Shown here: piece after piece, positions 58,146-64,000 of the stretch | Position numbering within the stretch: the stretch's first letter is position 1 | Layout of the letters: each line of letters opens with the position of its first letter | Source: an uncultured Dehalococcoidia bacterium | GTDB lineage: Bacteria; Chloroflexota; Dehalococcoidia; Lucifugimonadales; UBA3495 | Direction of reading: 5' to 3' | Length of the DNA stretch: 64,000 nucleotides | Assembly: GCA_951813535.1 (NCBI GenBank) | Contig: OX638345.1 | Location: forward strand, 2,823,158-2,887,157 | Position numbers and translations under genes: made by a program | The notes under the pieces: generated by a model | Databases searched by the model: none | Seen by the model: only the letters and a program-made list of their open reading frames with translations | What the model was told of the DNA's origin: nothing

Positions 58146-58922
58146 CTACAACGTTACCAGTTCGACGAGAGCGGCGGAGACCTCTGCCGGAGAGGCTAAT
58201 CGCCAGGTCGCGCAGGTACTGACCCCGGGCGCCCCCACGTATACTCCAATACCCCCAGCGGACCGGACTGCGCCGAAAGCATCTTCGTCGGTTGCGTCGT
58301 CGCCCATGTAGATGGGGAAAGACTTTGGGGACAACCGAGATCGGATCAACGTGAGGGCTCTGCCCTTGTTCCAGTCGATCGACGGGCGAAGTTCCAAAGC
58401 CATCTTGGCTTCGGTGACATGGCAAAATCCAGACTGGACCAATGGATGGGCAATATCGTCAAACGTGGACACGACCCGGTCGTGATAGTAAGGCGGAGTT
58501 TGCCGGAAATGCGTAGTGAGGGTGTAGGTCTTGTTTTCGACGAAAGCGCCGGGCACACCTGCCAAACGGAGTTCCAGATCGTGGGACGCCTCGCTGATGG
58601 TTCGGGACGCAGCCTCAGCATCGGGGTGGCGGTAATCCATTCCGAGGCCGCGTATCTCCAGGCCATGGTTGCCGGCGTACACCAGGCCCGGAACGTTCAC
58701 CCGCGCCTCGACGTCCTGCAGAGACCGTCCGCTGATCACTCCGACCACGAACTCGGGACGCTCGACGAGTTGGCAGAGCAGTGACTGATTCCCAGGGCAC
58801 AGGGTGGCCTGTTCAGGCCGGGGAGCGATTTCTGATAGGGTCCCGTCGAAATCGAGAAGGAGCAGGATGGGGTCCCGCCCGATGACCAGGTCTTTCAGTT
58901 CGTCGAGGTTGAGATCGAGCAT
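58146..58922 (-). CDS. otsB: trehalose-phosphatase
   Basis: LLLDFDGTLSEI and YMGDDATDEDAF motifs. ATG at 58922 lies 11 nt after the otsA stop. Confidence 0.84.
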   Translation of the reverse strand: MLDLNLDELKDLVIGRDPILLLLDFDGTLSEIAPRPEQATLCPGNQSLLCQLVERPEFVVGVISGRSLQDVEARVNVPGLVYAGNHGLEIRGLGMDYRHPDAEAASRTISEASHDLELRLAGVPGAFVENKTYTLTTHFRQTPPYYHDRVVSTFDDIAHPLVQSGFCHVTEAKMALELRPSIDWNKGRALTLIRSRLSPKSFPIYMGDDATDEDAFGAVRSAGGIGVYVGAPGVSTCATWRLASPAEVSAALVELVTL

Positions 58923-58933
58923 GGGGATGGGCT

Positions 58934-60442
58934 CTATGCCGTGGTCGCAATAGTGAGGCGGGAGTGGTCGGGGGTGCTCGCCTGCATGAGGTGCATCATG
59001 ATGCGGCCGGCCCATTTGTAAATGTTGTTTTCGCGGACCGTGTTGCGCATCTGGCGCATCCGGATGCGGCGCTCCGCGCCACTCATGGTGAGGGCCTGGT
59101 GAATGGCTTCGGCGAACTGCTCGGTGGCGTAGGGGTTGATTATGAGCGAGCCGGTGAGTTCCTGGGCGGCCCCGGCGAAAGCGCTGAGGATGAGCACGCC
59201 ATCCTCATCGACACGGGAAGCCACGTACTCCTTGGCCACGAGGTTCATGCCGTCGTGGAGGCTGCTCTCGGCGCAGAAACTGGCGAGACGGCGCAGCGCC
59301 GAAAAAGTCACCGAGGGCAGGGAAGTAGGCCAATAGAGTACCGGCTGCCAGCCGTCGTGGCCGAAACGCTCGTTGATGCGGTTGACGGTGGCCTCGATGT
59401 CTATGGTCAGCTGCATGTACGAGTCGATGTTGGTGCGACTGGTGGCTCCGGCTTGGAGGAACACCAACTGCCCGCGGTACTGGGGCCATTTCTCAAACAG
59501 ACGCTCGACGGCTCGGAGGCGATGGGGGATGCCCTTGGTGTAGTCCTGCCGGTCGATGCCCAGGCCAAGGATGCGACCGCGGTTCAATCCCAATTGCCGG
59601 GAAAGGCGGGCCATTTCGGCTTCAACTTCATCGGATCTGGCCTCGGCGTCGAGACTGTCGAAATCGATGCTGATGGGGAATGGACGCACCAGGGTGGTCT
59701 CGTCCCTGTAGTCGATGAGGCCGTATTCGGAATCGACGTGAGCATCCAGGTTCGCATCAACGCAGTTGAGGAAGTTCTGACAGTCTCCGGAGAGGTGGAA
59801 GCCCAGGAGATCGTTGCCCAGCATGCCGTCAAGAATTTCGTCCTGCCAAGGGCAAATCCGCAAGATGTCTGGATTGGGCCACGGAATATGCCAGAACTGC
59901 CCGATTATGGCATCCGGATTGACCTCACGGATGTATCTGGGGAGGAGGGCCAGATGATAGTCCTGGATCAGAACGATGGCCGGCTCGTCGTTGATTTCGT
60001 CGAGCACCAGGTCCGCGAAGCGCCGGTTCACCGACTGATAGAAGCCGTAGTGCTCCGCGTCGAAAACCGGCTCTGTGTAGGCGATGTGGCACAGCGGCCA
60101 CAGGCCCTCGTTGGCGAAGCCATAGTAAAAGCCCTGGTTCTCTTCTTTGCTCAAGCTGAGCAGCCGCATGGAGTAAGCGGGATCGTCGGTAGGCACGTGG
60201 ATACGGCCCGACGCATCCATGGCGGCACGATCATCATCACCGTCACTCTGGGCGATCCAGGTACCGCCGCAGGCGCGCATCAGCGGATCGATAGCCGCAG
60301 TCAGCCCGCCCGGGGGCATTACCCCGTGGGGCACACCGTCCAGCATCGTAAACACGTACGGCTGCCGATTTGACACCACGACCAGCCGATAGTCGCTCAA
60401 TTCCCGGCCTACCAAGCGCTGTAAATCATCGCCGGTCCACAT
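58934..60442 (-). CDS. otsA: alpha,alpha-trehalose-phosphate synthase (GT20)
   Basis: VVVSNRQPY, GFYYGFANEGLWPLCH, IQDYHLALLP and DGMNLVAKEY motifs. GGAGG RBS. Confidence 0.92.
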   Translation of the reverse strand: MWTGDDLQRLVGRELSDYRLVVVSNRQPYVFTMLDGVPHGVMPPGGLTAAIDPLMRACGGTWIAQSDGDDDRAAMDASGRIHVPTDDPAYSMRLLSLSKEENQGFYYGFANEGLWPLCHIAYTEPVFDAEHYGFYQSVNRRFADLVLDEINDEPAIVLIQDYHLALLPRYIREVNPDAIIGQFWHIPWPNPDILRICPWQDEILDGMLGNDLLGFHLSGDCQNFLNCVDANLDAHVDSEYGLIDYRDETTLVRPFPISIDFDSLDAEARSDEVEAEMARLSRQLGLNRGRILGLGIDRQDYTKGIPHRLRAVERLFEKWPQYRGQLVFLQAGATSRTNIDSYMQLTIDIEATVNRINERFGHDGWQPVLYWPTSLPSVTFSALRRLASFCAESSLHDGMNLVAKEYVASRVDEDGVLILSAFAGAAQELTGSLIINPYATEQFAEAIHQALTMSGAERRIRMRQMRNTVRENNIYKWAGRIMMHLMQASTPDHSRLTIATTA

Positions 60443-60808
60443 AACGGGCCACCTCCGTCTTCGGGTGCGCCTCGCAGTATGAAGAAATTATGCACTGCAA
60501 AAACTATAATTATTATTATCAGGCATGAATTGTGCCACAGGAGAACCATCCGGTCAATGACCAAAACCGCTCACGCGCACCCATTTGCTCACCAGGAGGA
60601 GCGTAGCGATTTGTTGACCCTGATGGCTGAGGGGTGTTCGCCCCACAATGAGATTGCCTCGCTGAGTTCGCAATGACGGCGGTTTGTTTTCACGGTCCGG
60701 ACGGATATAGGCCGCGATGATGGTTTCTTGGACAGACTGGCTGCGCATAGATGCGGCCCCGCAGGATTTACGGGGCCGGGGAACGGGGACGGGTCACCGC
60801 GCGAGCGA

Positions 60809-61636
60809 TTATTCGTCGCGGATGCGGTTGTACATGGCGAGGGGAGTGGCGGCGAGGAGGCCGGCGTCTACGGGCAGGACGACCCCGGACACCCAGCGCG
60901 CCTCGTCGCTGGCGAGGAACAGGGCGGCGTAGGCGATGTCCCAGGCGTTGCCCTCGACTCCCAGGGGGCCGGCCTTGCGGCGATTTTCGCGGGTTTCTTC
61001 GGCCATGGCGCCGGCGACCATGGGAGTGTAGATGTGGCCCGGGGCAATTACATTCACGCGGATGTTGTCGCGGCCCAGGTGGACCGCCATCGTCTCCGAC
61101 ATGCCGATGACGCCGGACTTGGATGCAGAATAGGGGATACTGGCAAGACCGCTTCCGGCGCGGACGCCGGCAATGGACGACATGTTGATGATGCTGCCGC
61201 CGCCGGCGTCGATCATCTTGGGCGCAGCGTACTTGGTGGTGAGCATCATGCTCTTGAGGTTCACATCGAGGACGTTGTCCCAGACACTCTCCTCCACATC
61301 GGTGGGCGTGCCGGGGCCGGTGATGCCGACGTTATTGAAGAGCACGTGCAGGCCACCGTAACGGTCTACGGCGGCGGCGACTATGGCCTCACAGTCGGCG
61401 CCGGAGGTGACGTCGGCAGCGATTACGGACGCCTCTCCGCCCTCCTCATGGATGACGGCAAGGGTCTCTTCGGCGGCCTGAAGGTTGCGATCGACCAGCA
61501 GCACGCGAGCGCCCTCTCGGGCGAACAGAATTGATGCAGCCTTGCCGGTGCCAACACCGGGGCCACTGGAGCCGGCGCCGGTAACAATGGCGACTTTATC
61601 CTGCAGACGGGGTCGTCCGGATGGAAGGAGTGTCAT
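60809..61636 (-). CDS. SDR family oxidoreductase
   Basis: TGAGSSGPGVGTG, NNVG and YSASK motifs. Confidence 0.88.
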   Translation of the reverse strand: MTLLPSGRPRLQDKVAIVTGAGSSGPGVGTGKAASILFAREGARVLLVDRNLQAAEETLAVIHEEGGEASVIAADVTSGADCEAIVAAAVDRYGGLHVLFNNVGITGPGTPTDVEESVWDNVLDVNLKSMMLTTKYAAPKMIDAGGGSIINMSSIAGVRAGSGLASIPYSASKSGVIGMSETMAVHLGRDNIRVNVIAPGHIYTPMVAGAMAEETRENRRKAGPLGVEGNAWDIAYAALFLASDEARWVSGVVLPVDAGLLAATPLAMYNRIRDE

Positions 61637-61667
61637 GGGAACCTCCGATAATTTGTCGGGCGAATGA

Positions 61668-62234
61668 TCAGGAGGCGAGCGCAGGCTGTGGAGTGAGGAG
61701 CCAGTCCTGGGCCTGCTTGGCGGCGTCCGAGAGCCACTGGCCCATGATCGCCTCGCGCCCCTCGGGGATTTCGACTCCCAGGCCGTCAGCCAGGCGGTTC
61801 ATGAAGTTGAACACACAGGTGATGGCGACGGTGGACAGCACCTGCTGATCGGTGAGGCCCGTGGCACGCAGGCCGTCAATATCGGACTCCCGCATTAGAG
61901 CCGGGGTCAGGGTGAGTTTGACCGCGTAGTCGAGGATGGCGCGGGTCTGCGGGTCTAGGTCAGCCTGGGTGTAATCGTGGATGATGTGGCTGGAGTACTC
62001 GGGATCGTCAGAGTGTTGACGGAGGAACCCTCCGTGGGCCACGGCTCAATAACGGCAGCGGTTGACGAGGGACACCACCGTGGCGATGGCCTCTTCCTGG
62101 GTGCGGGTGAGCACTGAGGAACCGAAAGTGGCATTGGCGTTGAGGTTCTGCACAGCCGCCATCAGGTCCGGATTGATGGACATGCATTTGATAACCGCAG
62201 GCACCGCGGCGTCGGTTTCGCGGATCCAGGACAT
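61668..62234 (-). CDS. AhpD/carboxymuconolactone-decarboxylase-family peroxidase-related protein, candidate selenoprotein (TGA 62046-62048 read as Sec, C-R-Y-U motif)
   Basis: ATG 62234 lies 5 nt after AGGAGG. The translation reads ...EEAIATVVSLVNRCRY-[TGA]-AVAHGGFLRQ..., which matches the VSxxNxCxYCxxxH core of the family with the second Cys replaced by TGA. The track ORFs 62046..62234 and 61668..62042 share a frame. Confidence 0.78.
62019..62035 (-). promoter_or_regulatory. SECIS-like hairpin 10 nt downstream of the TGA
   Basis: mRNA ACGGAGG-GUU-CCUCCGU: a perfect 7-bp stem with a GUU loop. Confidence 0.5.
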
Positions 62235-62276
62235 GAGGACCTCCTATAGGGATGCGCAGGGCTAATGCCCCAGCCA

Positions 62277-62675
62277 TCAGCTGCCGGTTGGGGTCTGGGT
62301 TACGATGGCCATCTTATGTTCAGCAGTCCCGAGCAACAGACCGCCGTGGTGAACCTCCACCTCGAAACGGAGCTTGTTGCCGGACACGTCGGTGAGAACG
62401 GAGCGCGCGGTGGCGACCGCACCGGCATCCGCCGGGGCCAAATGTTTGACGTTGACCTCGTAGCCGACGACCGTTTGATCCGGATGGAGCAGAGACAGGA
62501 CAGCTTGGTACGAGGCCTGCTCCATGAGCATGACCATTGCCGGGGTGCTGAACTTGGGAGTATGGGGAGCCAGGTGTTCAGCGGCGACGGTCAATTGAGT
62601 TTCGCCTGCCAGACCGGGCCGGATGGCCGGGTCTATGGGCAGGCGAGACGGTTGCGAGGTACCCGGAGTCGCCAT
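62277..62675 (-). CDS. hotdog-fold thioesterase (FlK-like)
   Basis: FSTPAMVMLMEQASYQAV and VGYEVNVKHLAPA motifs. ATG at 62675 lies 25 nt after the upstream stop. Confidence 0.72.
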   Translation of the reverse strand: MATPGTSQPSRLPIDPAIRPGLAGETQLTVAAEHLAPHTPKFSTPAMVMLMEQASYQAVLSLLHPDQTVVGYEVNVKHLAPADAGAVATARSVLTDVSGNKLRFEVEVHHGGLLLGTAEHKMAIVTQTPTGS

Positions 62676-62700
62676 GGCGGCGGCCCGGAAACGCGGTTGT

Positions 62701-63261
62701 TTAGGCGGCCACGGGCTGGCCGACCAGGATGGACTCCACCTCGTCGGCGATCTCGGCGGCGCGGGCCTTGACCTCATCGTCGTTGAGGCTGGACAGGGGA
62801 TGCTGCGCGACCACATAACGATAGTCGGGCACACCCATCATGCGGGTCATGGCCTGGGCAGTGTTGAGGAAAACGTGGGTGATGATGGCCGCGGTTGGGA
62901 CGCCGCGCTTCTCGAAATCGATGCCGTCGTGCACACTGCACGAGCTGCAGGACCCTCAATCCCCGACCCCGGTGATGAGGTAGTCGACCTCACCGAGGAT
63001 GGAGTCGATGGTGTCCTGCTTGGCCGGCAGGCTGGCGTGACCCTTGTCGTAGTACTTGATCTCGGAGAAACCGTGGCGTTCGTTGAGGATGTTGCCGAGT
63101 TCATGAAGGAGCTTGTCCGCGTTGGCCTTGGAGTTTTCCATGAGGCCGAGGCGCTTCCCGGCGAGGCCGGCAGAGCGGTCGTTCATGTGGAACTCGGACT
63201 GGGGCAACTCGGTGCCCCTGGGGTTGACGAGCCTGAGGCGGCTCGATTCGGCGGTTGTCAT
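62701..63261 (-). CDS. UGSC-motif protein, candidate selenoprotein (TGA 62956-62958 read as Sec, U-G-S-C-S-S-C)
   Basis: ATG 63261 lies 6 nt after GGAGG. The translation reads ...EVDYLITGVGD-[TGA]-GSCSSCSVHDGIDFEKRGVPTAAIITHVF.... The track ORFs 62956..63261 and 62701..62934 share a frame. UxxCxxC resembles the GrdB-type redox motif (from memory). Confidence 0.7.
62927..62943 (-). promoter_or_regulatory. SECIS-like hairpin 12 nt downstream of the TGA
   Basis: mRNA UCGUGCA-GUG-UGCACGA: a perfect 7-bp stem with a GUG loop. Confidence 0.5.
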
Positions 63262-63384
63262 GGGTGACCTCCGTAGATTCTGGCGTGTCGGCGGGATGAG
63301 CTATGTGAGCGGATTGTACCGTCAAATGACGGCTTTGCGTAACCCCTGGTGAGAGAACGGTTGACGTATCCGATCTCTTGGTTC

Positions 63385-64000
63385 CTAGTTGGCGGAGATT
63401 TTGCGGGTGCGAATGCGGTAGCCGGTGGTGTCGATGATGGCGCTGTAGCGGCCGCCGGTTCCGCCGCCGTGCATGATGAGGATGTCGTCGGGGTCGTTGG
63501 CGCAGCGCATGATCAGTTCCTCGTCCCCGGGGCGTTCGGGTCCCTGCTTGGAGCCGAGGCGGACGAGTTCGGCGCGGGAGCGGCCGCTGTTCTCGATGAG
63601 GAAATCCTGCATATCGCGGCGGGTCCAGCCGCCATCCTGCAGGGTGAGAGCGTGCTCAGGCCCGATGACGATGACCCACTGGGCCGGATAACGGTGGGCC
63701 AAGGCGGCGGATCGCAGGGCGTCGCAGATGGAGAGCAGAATGGCTCGTCCGTCGTGGGCGTAGCTGTTGGGAACGCTGACGGGGTTGTAGGCGACGGCGA
63801 CGGTTACCACGCTGTCGGAGGCATCGAAGCCGCGACTGACGTGGAGTGGTTCCCAGGGGGACGTCTCCTCGTTTTCGGCGATGCAAAAGGTGTACTTGGC
63901 CGGGGTGCCCAAGGTGCCGCGGTCCAACTGGCCGGGCCAGGCGTCGAAGCCGTTCATGAAGCAGAGGCGAACGGCGCGGCCGATGCTGGCGTTGGCACGG
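63385..64000 (-). CDS. hypothetical protein, N-terminus outside window
   Basis: The frame stays open from 63957 to the window edge (RANASIGRAVRLCF precedes the first Met). No family recognised. First gene of the string that contains two TGA-recoded genes. Confidence 0.55.
   Translation of the reverse strand, partial: RANASIGRAVRLCFMNGFDAWPGQLDRGTLGTPAKYTFCIAENEETSPWEPLHVSRGFDASDSVVTVAVAYNPVSVPNSYAHDGRAILLSICDALRSAALAHRYPAQWVIVIGPEHALTLQDGGWTRRDMQDFLIENSGRSRAELVRLGSKQGPERPGDEELIMRCANDPDDILIMHGGGTGGRYSAIIDTTGYRIRTRKISAN

Noticed and set aside
1-64000. Genome-wide TGA reassignment (TGA as Trp or Gly) as the explanation for the three in-frame TGAs
   Set aside because: Well-supported genes terminate at TGA with normal lengths (for example 1263-1265, 21669-21671, 23364-23366, 33071-33073). 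The three internal TGAs all fall on redox Cys columns.

Overview
High-GC bacterial chromosomal segment, densely coding (about 60 genes, mostly on the minus strand after 25 kb). I found no rRNA, tRNA, CRISPR array, transposase or integrase. The left edge is housekeeping: recJ 3' part, lgt, ispE, rsmA. The rest is a paralog-rich catabolic and transport region. It holds 6 SDRs, 3 luciferase-like (LLM/F420-type) oxidoreductases, 2 family-III CoA-transferases, 5 MFS transporters and 2 Uma2 nucleases. It also holds a split MaoC hydratase pair, a thiolase plus DUF35 pair, an acyl-CoA dehydrogenase, MmgE/PrpD, a CoxM/S/L-type molybdenum hydroxylase, an RND plus HlyD efflux pair, a NuoEFG-like module plus FNR, and otsAB. 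This content resembles marine Chloroflexota (SAR202-like) genomes, but that is inference only.

The main result is three minus-strand genes between 56.5 and 63.3 kb that each carry one in-frame TGA exactly at a redox-active Cys position:
- a DsbA/FrnE-like gene with U-P-W-C
- an AhpD/CMD-like gene with C-R-Y-U
- a UGSC/GrdB-like gene with U-G-S-C-S-S-C

Each TGA is followed 10-12 nt later by a 7-bp-stem hairpin. TGA is an ordinary stop elsewhere in the window. These are candidate selenoproteins with SECIS-like elements, and the ORF track splits each of them into two pieces.

Secondary observations:
- an orphan ABC/AAA-type ATPase with substituted catalytic residues
- a repeat-flanked GC3-rich ORF island
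- dispersed 'aatcctg' heptamer-based intergenic elements
- a 32-aa tandem repeat in the HlyD coiled coil
- an MFS paralog that needs a non-canonical start codon
- a NuoG-like protein without the Mo-ligand Cys/Sec

All homology calls come from reading motifs in the translations. No database search was run.
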